Part shown: positions 1-9,402 of the stretch, piece after piece
Numbering within the stretch: position 1 is the stretch's first letter
How the letters are laid out: each line of letters opens with the position of its first letter
Source of the DNA: Spirochaetales bacterium
Lineage (GTDB): Bacteria > Spirochaetota > Spirochaetia > DSM-27196 > SKKC01
DNA length: 60,867 nt
Reading direction: 5' to 3'
Assembly (NCBI GenBank): GCA_046545955.1
Contig: JBKGYS010000001.1
Location: 1-60,867 of the forward strand
The notes under the pieces: model-generated
Database searches by the model: none
Seen by the model: only the letters and a program-made list of their open reading frames with translations
Told to the model about the DNA's origin: nothing
Program-made: the position numbers and the translations under genes

Positions 1-552
1 CCCTGCGGGCAGCCCCTCTATAGCCTCGCCTATTCCCGCACCCAAGTCGGTACCGGGGGTTGTTATCATACCCGGGCCAGCCGTTGAAAGCACGTATTCG
101 AGGGCGATTCTGTCGCCGGTAACGGGAAGAACACGGCTTGCCCCCCCGCGAAACACCGTAATCCCTACTCTACTGTCCGGGAATCGATCGAGAAGAGAGC
201 TTACTGCGTCCCGCGAGGCATCGAGCCGGGAAGGTGATACATCCGCCGCGTACATACTGCGGCTCACGTCGAAGGCAATCGAGATATCGAGCTCGCTTCG
301 CTCGCTTTCTACGTCTTCCTCGCCCCATACAGGATCGGCGATAGCGATCACAATACTCGCAAACATAAGCACGGTCGCGGTCGAAGATACAATCCACTTG
401 AACCAAAGTACACGCTCGACATTCTGCCTCTCCTGCGCAGGAATGAGTAGACGAATATCACGCAATCCCAGCAAGTACGCCCGGATCAGCAGAAGAACCA
501 CAGGTACAAGCCCGGCCAGTGCCCAGAGCACAATCGGTTGTTCGAAGTTCAC
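1..552 (-). CDS. vWA-domain membrane protein, BatB-like (first 184 codons; 3' end lies beyond the window edge)
   Basis: Not in the ORF track because it is open at the window edge. Hand translation of the minus strand from GTG 552-550 gives VNFEQPIVLWALAGLVPVVLLLIRAY...ELDISIAFDVSRSMYAADVSPSRLDASRDAV... This is N-terminal TM helices followed by a vWA MIDAS motif (DVSRS). The GTG overlaps the upstream stop as GTGA. Confidence 0.8.
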   Translation of the reverse strand, partial: MNFEQPIVLWALAGLVPVVLLLIRAYLLGLRDIRLLIPAQERQNVERVLWFKWIVSSTATVLMFASIVIAIADPVWGEEDVESERSELDISIAFDVSRSMYAADVSPSRLDASRDAVSSLLDRFPDSRVGITVFRGGASRVLPVTGDRIALEYVLSTAGPGMITTPGTDLGAGIGEAIEGLPAG

Positions 553-1550
553 AGGACCTCCCGCAAGAAGAGGGTTTTTACCAGGAACTCGAACAAGAAA
601 AGGATAGCGGCAATCGAGAGGTACAGCCGATGCAGTGCCTCAAGCCGGACCGAAATCCGACTCCGTCGCTCTACGGTCTCGAGACTGTCAATACTCTCGA
701 AAATCTGCGCGAGACTTCGTTCTGTCGCCGCGTTGTAGTACGAACCGCCGGTGCTTTCTGCGATGCTTTGCAACTCCTCCTCGTCGAACCCTCGCTCCAT
801 AAGCGCCTGATAGCGGCGGCCGGTATTCGGATCAGTAAAATCGATTCCGACCTCCTGCTGCGAACCGACACCGATCGAGTATACGGGAATTCCAAGATTC
901 GAGGCCATTTCAGCAGCCGGTTGCGCCTCGACAAGTCCGGTATTATTCACGCCGTCGCTGAGGAGTATGAGCATTTGCCTCGGAGCATCGGAGTTCTCGA
1001 GGTGCATCGCAGCCAACGCGAGCCCATCGCCGAGCGCGGTGCCGTCGCCAAGCTCCATGATCTGCAGCTCGTTCATTCGTTCGAGCAGCAACTCGTGATC
1101 GGTTGTCGGAGGCACGCGCAACGCCGCCTCGCGCGCGAACGTGACGAGCCCGATAGCATCATTCTGACGGTTCTCGACGAATTCCCCTATAAGCTCCCGC
1201 GCGCCGTCATAACGACGATTATCGCCGAAATCGGTTGCCGCCATAGAAGGCGACTCGTCGAGAACAATAACGATATCCATTCCACGGTCGAGAAACACTC
1301 GCTCCCGGTGCACTCGCGCCGGGCCGGCGAGTGCGACGATCAGAAACACAACCCCAACCCAGAACGACACCGCCGCGAGAAACTTCAGCACTGCGTAGGA
1401 TGTCAGTCCCGGCGAGAAGCCTCTCGCACCGTAAACCTGAAACCCGAATCGCAGTCTCCCGCCTCGTCCCGGCCAGAAGTGCCGCATGTAGATCAGGAAC
1501 GGAAGAAACATAAGAAGTAGAAGAATCACCGGTCGCTGAACGCTCAGCAT
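549..1550 (-). CDS. vWA-domain membrane protein, BatA-like
   Basis: 333 aa. It has N-terminal TM helices, the MIDAS motif IVLDESPSM, LLSDGVNN, and a C-terminal TM. It sits in an operon with MoxR and DUF58. Confidence 0.85.
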   Translation of the reverse strand: MLSVQRPVILLLLMFLPFLIYMRHFWPGRGGRLRFGFQVYGARGFSPGLTSYAVLKFLAAVSFWVGVVFLIVALAGPARVHRERVFLDRGMDIVIVLDESPSMAATDFGDNRRYDGARELIGEFVENRQNDAIGLVTFAREAALRVPPTTDHELLLERMNELQIMELGDGTALGDGLALAAMHLENSDAPRQMLILLSDGVNNTGLVEAQPAAEMASNLGIPVYSIGVGSQQEVGIDFTDPNTGRRYQALMERGFDEEELQSIAESTGGSYYNAATERSLAQIFESIDSLETVERRSRISVRLEALHRLYLSIAAILFLFEFLVKTLFLREVL

Positions 1551-1555
1551 AGTAG

Positions 1556-2608
1556 TCAGGCAGCCTCCGTTCCTGCGAGACGACGAATCGGTCGAAACGC
1601 TCTTCGCCTCACTCGCGACTCGTTTCTCTCCTCGAGTACCGAAACCAGCGTGACGACCGTCTCCAGATCGTCTCGACGCTGCTCGGAATCGGCCCCTTGC
1701 GAGGCAAACTTCACCAGATCGGCCCGCTGAAACAGCGCGTTGATCCTTTCGCGCATTGCATCGTCTTCGATACTGCCCTGCAGAAGGAACGGGACCTCGT
1801 TCGCGGTGGCAACCATGAAATCCGGATGAAGACGCTCGGACAGGTACTGCCTCAAGTCATCAACGAGCCGTATGTAAAAGTTGCGTGCGTTGAGACTATC
1901 GAATAAGGTTGATATTTCCCGGATCGATCGCAAAAAAAGCCTGAATGGACGATTCGCCCGATGCGCCGCGAGAGCGGTACCAATCCTGCCGACAACCGCG
2001 ACCGTGAGGCGGTACAAGGCGAACGGCGCGCTCACAAGCACAACGAGCAATACAAGCGCAATTACCTGAAATCCAGGAAGAAACCCGGGCGCCTTCACCG
2101 GTGCGAGCTCGGCCGAGCCGTCCTCCGGGAGCACACTTTGCACTCGGAACCGTGCTCCCGATAACGTGCCCGGCCCGACATCGATTTCGGGGACGGTTAA
2201 CGTTCCCGTGCGGAAGGGGCTGAGTACGAGTCGGATTTCCCGGTCGTCATCCCGCTGAATCATTCGCATACTGCGAATCTCAACCGACTGATTTGACGGA
2301 TACTCCTCGGGAAGCTCAATCTGCTCGGGTTCATTCGATCGCAGGACAACGCGCATTTCGACACGATCTCCCACCGAGATTTCGTTTGGAGAGATCGTCG
2401 ATTCGAGGATTGCGAGATCCCCATCGGTCGTTTCCACCTGGTCTGCGCTTTCGTCCTGCGCCGACGTTTCGATCGGTATCAGGCTCAATGCAGCAACCAG
2501 CAACCAAATGACCGCAAGCCCACGACGGGCCAGCGCACGACTCGAAGGAAGGACGAAGCGGCTTCCCGACAGATGAAAGCACGGTGTCGCAGCGGCCAAC
2601 ACTCGCAT
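1556..2608 (-). CDS. Membrane protein of the Bat operon (signal peptide, BatD-like N-terminal part, TM, DUF4381-like C-terminal part)
   Basis: I moved the start to the internal ATG at 2608-2606 (MRVLAAATP...), which overlaps the DUF58 stop as TAATG. It has the signal-like segment LAVIWLLVAALSLIPIETSA, a central TM (VIALVLLVVLVSAPFALY), and a C-terminal ...LRQYLSERL...ADLVKFA pattern. Confidence 0.55.
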   Translation of the reverse strand: MRVLAAATPCFHLSGSRFVLPSSRALARRGLAVIWLLVAALSLIPIETSAQDESADQVETTDGDLAILESTISPNEISVGDRVEMRVVLRSNEPEQIELPEEYPSNQSVEIRSMRMIQRDDDREIRLVLSPFRTGTLTVPEIDVGPGTLSGARFRVQSVLPEDGSAELAPVKAPGFLPGFQVIALVLLVVLVSAPFALYRLTVAVVGRIGTALAAHRANRPFRLFLRSIREISTLFDSLNARNFYIRLVDDLRQYLSERLHPDFMVATANEVPFLLQGSIEDDAMRERINALFQRADLVKFASQGADSEQRRDDLETVVTLVSVLEERNESRVRRRAFRPIRRLAGTEAA

Positions 2609-3489
2609 TACCGCTTCCTCTGCTTGAAATACTGAATGAGACGCCCGGCTGGGTCGTCGTCGGTGCGAATCTCCAGTGTTGAAACACCCCGACGTCCGCA
2701 CTCACGCAACCACTGCCGCCGGTGCATCTGCCAGAAACTATGGTAATCGGTGCGATACGCCCGAGACCCGTACGCGAGGATCTCGCGTCCGCTCTCCGGA
2801 TCTTCGAGGCTTATCAGCCCCGACCGCGGAAACTCGATATCCAGCGGATCGACAATTCGAATCGCCAGGGTATCGTGGCGACGGGCGAGCGTACGTAACT
2901 CCCGGTAATAGTCGCTCGTCTTGAAGTCGCTGATCACCACGCAGATACCGCGCCGGGGCAGGGCTTCGCCGACGGTCCGCAGCGCGAGCGCGAGATCGCT
3001 TCCCTTTCCCTGCGGCCGAACCACGAGCATATCCTGAATAATGCGCATCGCGTGTTTGCGCCCCTTTAGCGGCGGAATCCAGTGCTCGATTCGGTCGCTG
3101 AAGAATCCGGCTCCCACCCGATCGTTGTTCCTGATCGCGGCGAAGCTGAGAAGCGCAGATACCTGCGCGGCTGTCTCGAAGCGGCTGTTCATCGCCTCGA
3201 ACGGACGGATACTCCCGGAAACATCGACGAGGACAAAAAGAAGCATCTCGCGTTCCTCGCGAAACGTTTTGGTAAACGCGCTATTCATCCGGGAACTGAC
3301 GTTCCAGTCGATAAGACGAGCGTCATCGCCCTCGGTATACTCGCGCACCTCATCGAACTCGATTCCCGGTCCGCGGAATACCGAGCGGTAATTTCCGCTG
3401 AACAGTCCATCGACGAGTTTTCGAGAGGCTAATTCAAGATGTTTTACCCGCTCAATTAGGCGAAGGTAGTCGGATTCCGAACGGGCCAT
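2608..3489 (-). CDS. DUF58 family protein (vWA-like, MoxR partner)
   Basis: 293 aa. It carries the typical DUF58 N-terminus GNYRSVFRGPGIEFDEVREYTEGDDARLIDWNVSSRM and lies immediately downstream of MoxR. Confidence 0.85.
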   Translation of the reverse strand: MARSESDYLRLIERVKHLELASRKLVDGLFSGNYRSVFRGPGIEFDEVREYTEGDDARLIDWNVSSRMNSAFTKTFREEREMLLFVLVDVSGSIRPFEAMNSRFETAAQVSALLSFAAIRNNDRVGAGFFSDRIEHWIPPLKGRKHAMRIIQDMLVVRPQGKGSDLALALRTVGEALPRRGICVVISDFKTSDYYRELRTLARRHDTLAIRIVDPLDIEFPRSGLISLEDPESGREILAYGSRAYRTDYHSFWQMHRRQWLRECGRRGVSTLEIRTDDDPAGRLIQYFKQRKR

Positions 3490-3515
3490 GATATTCCCCG
3501 GCTAAAGGTGCCGGC

Positions 3516-4550
3516 CTACGGCACCGGAATTGCCTGAAGCAGTTGCGTTACGACGTCGTCGGTGGTCAACTCTTCGGACTCTGCTTCGTAGCTCAATACG
3601 ATTCTGTGCCTCAGTACGTTATGCGCTACTGCCTTCACGTCGTCCGGGACTACATAGCTTCTCCCGTCAAAAAGGGCGTGTACCTTTGCACAGCGAAACA
3701 GGTAGATACTCGCACGCGGACTCGCGCCGAAATCAATATGCCGGCTGAAGCGGTTGGCGTTATTGTCGGTCTGACGCGAGGCTATGACGAGTCGAACTAT
3801 GTATTTCTCAATTCGGGCGTCAACATTAATGCGGGACGCGGTTTCACGGATCCGTTTGAGATCCGGCTGAAACAGGATTGTTCGAAGGTCGATCCTTTGG
3901 TGATTTCCCACCCTATGCAGAATATCGAGCTCCTGCTCCGCACTCGGATACTCAACACGGAGCTTCAGAACGAATCGGTCGAGCTGAGCCTCGGGAAGAG
4001 GGTACGTTCCCTCCTGCTCGATCGGATTCTGCGTCGCGAGAACGAAAAAAGGATCGGGCAACGGGTAGGTCTCGTCTCCGAGCGTGACCTGGTGTTCCTC
4101 CATCGCTTCGAGTAACGCCGATTGAACCTTCGCAGGCGCGCGGTTAATTTCGTCGGCCAGGACGACGTTGGAAAACACAGGGCCTTTTCGCGGTACGAAC
4201 TCGCCTGTCTGCTGCCGATAAATCATGGTACCCACGAGGTCGGCAGGTAAAAGGTCCGGGGTGAACTGTATGCGCTTGAATGTTGCGTCGAGCGTGTCCG
4301 AGAGGCTTTTGATGGTCCGTGTCTTGGCGAGTCCGGGCACGCCCTCGAGCATTACGTGCCCGCCGACGAGCATACCCATAAGCAAGCCGTCGACAACCGG
4401 TTTCTGTCCGACGATCGCCCGACCGACTTCTTTGCGAACGCTGTCGAGTCGGTCTCCCGCTTTCTTAACCTGGGCTTTGAACTCGCCCTGCTGTTCGCGC
4501 TCTACCTGGCCATGCTGCGTCGATGTCCAACTGTTTGATGATGTGTCCAC
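3516..4550 (-). CDS. moxR: MoxR-family AAA+ ATPase
   Basis: 344 aa. Walker A is GVPGLAKT and Walker B is VVLADEINRA, followed by QVTLGDETYPLPDPFFVLATQNPIEQEGTYPLPEAQLDRF. Confidence 0.9.
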   Translation of the reverse strand: MDTSSNSWTSTQHGQVEREQQGEFKAQVKKAGDRLDSVRKEVGRAIVGQKPVVDGLLMGMLVGGHVMLEGVPGLAKTRTIKSLSDTLDATFKRIQFTPDLLPADLVGTMIYRQQTGEFVPRKGPVFSNVVLADEINRAPAKVQSALLEAMEEHQVTLGDETYPLPDPFFVLATQNPIEQEGTYPLPEAQLDRFVLKLRVEYPSAEQELDILHRVGNHQRIDLRTILFQPDLKRIRETASRINVDARIEKYIVRLVIASRQTDNNANRFSRHIDFGASPRASIYLFRCAKVHALFDGRSYVVPDDVKAVAHNVLRHRIVLSYEAESEELTTDDVVTQLLQAIPVP

Positions 4551-4634
4551 GTGATCCTCGTTTTTTGCCGCGCATTCGAAACGTGACTATTCAGCGCGGA
4601 GCCGAACAGAACGTCGTCACCAATTACGAGACAA

Positions 4635-5939
4635 TCAGCTCCGGTAGTCGGCGTTCTCATGAACGTATTCGTCGGAAAGATCGCTTCCCAACACCCGAGC
4701 GCTGCCGGCGCCCTGCCCGCATTGGACGTACAGCTCCACGTTTCGCTCGTGCTGTGGATATCCGCGCACACGCGGGTTCATGGCAGCTCGTTTAAGGTAG
4801 GAGGATAGTTGAATCTCCTTTTGCCGGTCAAGGTGAAACTGCCCACCGCTGAATACCGGCGTATCGCCGAGCAGGATGTCCAAGGTAGCCGGATCGAAGC
4901 GCAAACCGTGCTTGCCGGCGCAGTCACCGAGCGCTCCGAGGATACGCCCGACATTCGGATCGTTTCCGTATACCGCGGTTTTAACAAGCGGACTGTTGAC
5001 CACCGCCTTGCCGAGCAGCCGTGCTTCGGCGTCGCTTCCGGCGCCTTCGACCGTCACACGAATGACATGCCCGGCCCCCTCACCGTTGCGAACGATATCC
5101 TCGGCCAGTTGTGCACACACGTGTTCTACCGCTTCCGCGAACGTACTGCGATCGATCGCCCCACGGCGCTTCGAGGAGAACAGAAGGGCCATATCGCTTG
5201 TACTCTGATCGCTGTCGATACTGATGCAGTTGAAGCTCGCGGACACCGCCCGCGGTAGTACGCTTCTGCACGTCTCACGATCTACGTCGAGGTCTGTTAC
5301 GATGAACGCGAGCATTGTTGCCATATCGGGCTCGATCATACCGGCGCCTTTCGCGATACCGACCACACGCCCGCTACCGACCGAAACCGACCGCAGCTTC
5401 GCGTAACTGTCGGTGGTCATGATGCCGGTCGCGAACGACAACGCACCGTCGCCGGAGAGCGTGTTCGCGAGCTCTGGAATTTGTGCACTCATATCGGAAA
5501 CCGGAAGTTTCCAGCCGATAATACCGGTACTCACCGGGAACACTTCAGAGGGGTTGCAGTGTATCTGCCGAGCAAACGAGGAAGCGAGCGACACAGCGTC
5601 CTTCTCGCCATCGCGGGCGCAGACATTGGCAATCTTGTTGTTCACCAGCACACCGCGGCAGAATTGTTCGTGTATTCTTTGTCGCCCGATAATGACCGGT
5701 GCCCCGGCGACGGCGTTTCGAGTGAAGACACCGGCGAACGAGTCGGTCGGCTCGTCACACACCAGCGCGCTGAGGCTCATTCGGTACGGCTCAAGAGTCG
5801 GGCGCTCTTCGGGGGTAAAACTCAATCCGACGGATCCGGCGCGAAACCCATCCGGAAGCTCGATCTCACGATCGAGGTATTCGAGGTAGGACTGTTCGTC
5901 TTCAAAGGCAGGCATACGAAGCCCTGAGTATAGCGCCAA
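4635..5939 (-). CDS. argJ: Bifunctional ornithine acetyltransferase / N-acetylglutamate synthase
   Basis: 434 aa. It has the ArgJ self-cleavage region GMIEPDMATMLAFIVTD, TTDSYAK, and VKTAVYGNDPNVGRI. Confidence 0.9.
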   Translation of the reverse strand: MALYSGLRMPAFEDEQSYLEYLDREIELPDGFRAGSVGLSFTPEERPTLEPYRMSLSALVCDEPTDSFAGVFTRNAVAGAPVIIGRQRIHEQFCRGVLVNNKIANVCARDGEKDAVSLASSFARQIHCNPSEVFPVSTGIIGWKLPVSDMSAQIPELANTLSGDGALSFATGIMTTDSYAKLRSVSVGSGRVVGIAKGAGMIEPDMATMLAFIVTDLDVDRETCRSVLPRAVSASFNCISIDSDQSTSDMALLFSSKRRGAIDRSTFAEAVEHVCAQLAEDIVRNGEGAGHVIRVTVEGAGSDAEARLLGKAVVNSPLVKTAVYGNDPNVGRILGALGDCAGKHGLRFDPATLDILLGDTPVFSGGQFHLDRQKEIQLSSYLKRAAMNPRVRGYPQHERNVELYVQCGQGAGSARVLGSDLSDEYVHENADYRS

Positions 5940-6115
5940 AAACCCGACGAGTCAGCCCGTTGGCGACGGCGAGCCGTTCACTGTCTTTCCAGTACCCACA
6001 GACCCTGCCGGCCGGTGGACGGCAATAAGCGCATGAAAGTCGCTCATGTAACACTGAGAACCAATCAGGAAAAACGCATTGGCACGGGAAGCGCGTATTA
6101 GCTACTCTCAGCGGC

Positions 6116-7246
6116 ATGAACCATACTCTTCTCGCTAGAACTTTTTCTTTTGTCGCGGTCTCGCTCGCCATCCTGAGCGCAGCACCTGCCTGGTCTGAAA
6201 ACGGATTGCCCGTCGGCGAAGCAACATCGTTTTCCGTTCAGGAGCGGGAAGGCTATACACACGTGCACGTCGAGACACCCTGGCCGGGGGCCGACTCCGG
6301 TTTCGAGTACGCGCTGGTGGATCGAAACCGCGACGACCACGGAGCAGAGCACGTCCCCGACGGTATGACTGTTATCAGAACACCGGTCGAACGGGTCGTA
6401 ACTATGAGCACGACGTTTGTAGCAGGCTTCGAAGCGCTCGACGAGCTCGACCGCATTGTCGGGCACGAGGACCCTGACCTTCTCTACAGCGAGGCCGCCC
6501 GCGCACGCGCCGACGATGGGGATATCGCAGCCGTGGCGGCCGGCGGTGAACCCGATCTCGAAGTGCTCGTTGATCTCGAACCGGACGTTGTCATGGTCAA
6601 CCAGTACGATCCGGCCGACGATACGGTGGATCGTATTGAAGAGGCCGGAATTACGGCGCTCGTGAGCGGTGACTGGACCGAGCAGTCACCGGTCGGCCGC
6701 ATGGAATGGATATACCTGACCGGATTACTGACCGGAAAGACTGACCGCGCCGCCGAGTTCGTGGAGGAAACCGCGTCACGGTATGAGCGCCTCGCCTCAA
6801 CGGTTTCCGGTGTCGACGAGCGCCCGAAAGTACTCATAAATGGCCCATTCGAGGGAAGCTGGGCCGTCCCCCGTGCGGATGCCTACTCGGCGCGGTTCAT
6901 CGAGGACGCCGGCGGTGATTATCCGTGGAGCAACGAATCGGGGGACGGCAGCCTCTTTCTCGATACCGAGGCGGTGTTCGATCGAGCCGGGGACGCGGAT
7001 CTCTGGATTAATCCAGGTCAGTGGCGGTCACTCGACGACATTGCCGACGAGCGGCTGTTGGAGTTCGAGCCGGTGGCGAGCGGAGAAGTCTATAACAATA
7101 ATCGCCGGATCTCGGAAACCGGCGGTATCGATTACTTCGAAAGCGGTCAGATTCGCCCGGACGATATTCTCGCCGACCTGATCAGCATTTTTCACCCCGA
7201 ACTCCTCCCCGATCACCAACGGGTGTACTACCATCGCCTTGACTAA
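6116..7246 (+). CDS. ABC importer periplasmic substrate-binding protein (siderophore/corrinoid, BtuF/FhuD-like class)
   Basis: 376 aa with a signal peptide (FVAVSLAILSAAPAWS). It heads an operon with a FecCD permease and an ATPase. The substrate cannot be read from the sequence. Confidence 0.75.
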   Translation: MNHTLLARTFSFVAVSLAILSAAPAWSENGLPVGEATSFSVQEREGYTHVHVETPWPGADSGFEYALVDRNRDDHGAEHVPDGMTVIRTPVERVVTMSTTFVAGFEALDELDRIVGHEDPDLLYSEAARARADDGDIAAVAAGGEPDLEVLVDLEPDVVMVNQYDPADDTVDRIEEAGITALVSGDWTEQSPVGRMEWIYLTGLLTGKTDRAAEFVEETASRYERLASTVSGVDERPKVLINGPFEGSWAVPRADAYSARFIEDAGGDYPWSNESGDGSLFLDTEAVFDRAGDADLWINPGQWRSLDDIADERLLEFEPVASGEVYNNNRRISETGGIDYFESGQIRPDDILADLISIFHPELLPDHQRVYYHRLD

Positions 7247-8330
7247 TTACGCGTCCCGCTTCGAAGGAGTCCGAAACAGTCCTCTGCGCGCCGGAGCCGT
7301 TCTCGTGGCGTTTTCCCTGGCGCTATTTGTACTCTTCAGCTTGCGAATCGCGCTCGGGTCGGTCTCTATTCCCATTGCCGACGTGTTTCGGGCGCTTTCC
7401 GGTCTTCCCACCGAGCGGGCCGCGGTGGCCACAATCGTAACTCGTTTTCGTCTGCCGCGCGCCGTAGCAGCGATCGCGGCCGGGGCGGCGCTCGGATCGT
7501 GCGGGGCGGCAATGCAGACCATCTTCCGCAATCCGCTCGCCGGCCCCTTCGTTCTCGGCATTAACGCCGGAGCGAGTCTCGGCGCGGCGCTCGTGCTCCT
7601 CGGTATCGCCGGAGGAACGGCGGGCGTCACCGCAGGAGTGCTCGCGGCCGGCGTCCAGGGTTCCCCCGCATTTTTCCTCGCAGCCGCCGCCTTTACCGGG
7701 GCCGCGCTTCTTATGCTCGTCGTACTCGCCGCGGCCCGCATCGTGTCGAACCCCGTTAGCCTGCTTGTCATCGGAATCCTCACCGGCTACACGGTAAACG
7801 CGGTGGTAAGCGTGCTCCTGCACTCCGCCGGCGCCGAACAGGTGCAGAGCTACATTTCCTGGACGTTCGGAAGCTTCGCGGGCGTCAGTCGCGCGCAGCT
7901 ACCGGTTCTGGTCGGCGCCGTTGCCGCTGGAATGATACTGCTGTTCGGCGCCACGAAAATGCTCGATGCGGCGCTCCTCGGAGAGCGCTACGCCGAAAGC
8001 CTCGGTGTACCACCGAGGCGAATACGCCGGCGGGTCATCGTGTCCACCGCGTTTCTTGCCGGTCCGGTCACCGCCTTCTGCGGGCCGATTGCGTTTATTG
8101 GTATGGCCGCCCCCCACCTCGTGAGAACCCTCACCGGACGCAGCACACACCGGATTGTGCTTACCGGAAGTGCCCTTGCCGGCGCGGCACTCGCACTCGC
8201 CGGCGATCTTATCGCGTCTATGCCGGGGACCGACACGAGCCTTCCCCTCAACGCGGTAACGGCTCTTTTCGGGGCGCCTGTGGTAATCGCGGTCCTTCTC
8301 GGAAGCAGCACGCTGGAGACACGCTTATGA
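7239..8330 (+). CDS. FecCD-family ABC permease
   Basis: 363 aa and polytopic. It has FecCD-like motifs (FRNPLAGPFVLGINAGASLG; LPLNAVTALFGAPVVI). The TTG start overlaps the SBP stop by 8 nt. Confidence 0.85.
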   Translation: MTNYASRFEGVRNSPLRAGAVLVAFSLALFVLFSLRIALGSVSIPIADVFRALSGLPTERAAVATIVTRFRLPRAVAAIAAGAALGSCGAAMQTIFRNPLAGPFVLGINAGASLGAALVLLGIAGGTAGVTAGVLAAGVQGSPAFFLAAAAFTGAALLMLVVLAAARIVSNPVSLLVIGILTGYTVNAVVSVLLHSAGAEQVQSYISWTFGSFAGVSRAQLPVLVGAVAAGMILLFGATKMLDAALLGERYAESLGVPPRRIRRRVIVSTAFLAGPVTAFCGPIAFIGMAAPHLVRTLTGRSTHRIVLTGSALAGAALALAGDLIASMPGTDTSLPLNAVTALFGAPVVIAVLLGSSTLETRL

Positions 8331-9400
8331 CAGAAGAGCCCGGAACGAGGTATTCCCCGGACACGGCTGTCCCCCCGACGGCGCGTACTATCCTTTCAAC
8401 GCACAACGTCGCCGTATCTCCGGCCCCCCGAAAGCCGATCCTGCTGCACGGGGTTAACATCAACCTGAAAGCAGGCAGGCTGCACGGACTCGCAGGCCCC
8501 AACGGGAGCGGTAAGACGACACTGTTATCAGCGCTCGCGGGGTTTCGCTCCCCAGCCGTCGGGGAAATTCGGATCGAAAGCGATCTCGTCGGCCGACTGC
8601 ATCCGAGCGAGCGGGCAAAGCGCATTGCGGTTGTGCTTACCGAGCGTCAGGATCCGGCGTTTCTTCGGGTCGGAGAGCTCGTGTCCTTAGGTCGTCTTCC
8701 CTACCGCGGGGAGCAGCGAAGCGGCGAGGATGACAGGCGCATCTGCGAGCAGGCGCTCGATCGGCTCGGGCTTAGGGCACTACGCAATCGACGCGTGGCC
8801 ACGTTGAGCGACGGCGAGCGGCAACGAGCACTGATCGCCCGAGCGGTAGCCCAGTCTCCGGACGTACTGCTGCTCGACGAACCGACCGCACACCTCGATG
8901 TGGCCGGCGAGGTGGAAATTATATCGTATCTGCTCGCAATAGCGCGGGAAAACCGAATCGCCGTACTCGCGAGCACGCACAAGCTGCATCTTATGCTGTC
9001 GTGGTGCGACACACTTTCGCTCGTCCATCGCGACGGAACGGTGAGAACGGGCGTACCGGAGGCGCTCGCGCTTTCAGGTGACGTGGCGAGAACGTTTAAT
9101 ACCGAAATCGTGCGTTTCAACGAGCACGATCTTCGCTTCAACGCCTGCCGCGTACGCGAGGCCTGGCAGGAGGTCTCGGTCCGCGCCGAAGGAAGCGAAG
9201 GCCTTTGGACCCGACGCGCGCTCGAGCGTATCGGGTTTATCGATCGCGAGAGGGCGAGTCTTGTAGTTCAGGTCGATGGTTTCCCCGATTCACCTCGGTG
9301 GCTGGTGTATCGCAGAGGCGGCTCGTTGTCTCCCCCGCCGGCTGAATTCCGTTCTCTCGACGACCTCGTCGAATACCTGTCCACCCTCGACGCCCGATAA
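8327..9400 (+). CDS. ABC transporter ATP-binding protein with about 100-aa C-terminal extension
   Basis: Walker A is GPNGSGKTT, the signature is LSDGERQR, and Walker B is LLLDEPTAHLD. There is an ATGA overlap with the permease gene. Confidence 0.85.
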   Translation: MTEEPGTRYSPDTAVPPTARTILSTHNVAVSPAPRKPILLHGVNINLKAGRLHGLAGPNGSGKTTLLSALAGFRSPAVGEIRIESDLVGRLHPSERAKRIAVVLTERQDPAFLRVGELVSLGRLPYRGEQRSGEDDRRICEQALDRLGLRALRNRRVATLSDGERQRALIARAVAQSPDVLLLDEPTAHLDVAGEVEIISYLLAIARENRIAVLASTHKLHLMLSWCDTLSLVHRDGTVRTGVPEALALSGDVARTFNTEIVRFNEHDLRFNACRVREAWQEVSVRAEGSEGLWTRRALERIGFIDRERASLVVQVDGFPDSPRWLVYRRGGSLSPPPAEFRSLDDLVEYLSTLDAR

Positions 9401-9402
9401 GC

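Noticed and set aside
519-1520. A 333-aa plus-strand ORF, exactly the same length as the batA-like gene and almost perfectly antisense to it.
   Set aside because: The product is Arg/Ser/Pro-rich with no recognisable domain. The minus-strand frame encodes a textbook vWA protein. It is a mirror ORF of the kind GC-rich codon usage generates.
6000-6013. A B12-box-like string, AGACCCTGCCGGCC, about 100 nt upstream of the BtuF/FhuD-like ABC importer. It suggested a cobalamin riboswitch.
   Set aside because: I could not find the upstream core (GGGAA...GGTG...CCCGCCACTG) in a canonical arrangement. The element would have to extend into the argJ 5' coding region. A cmsearch with RF00174 would settle it, but by eye the evidence is insufficient.
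6080-6095. A sigma-54-like string, TGGCAC-GGGAA-GCGCG, upstream of the ABC importer. A second TGGCAC occurs at about 23541.
   Set aside because: The -12 element lacks the TTGC context and would leave only an about 10-nt leader without an SD. The 23541 site has the wrong GG-GC spacing. Both are probably chance matches in GC-rich DNA.
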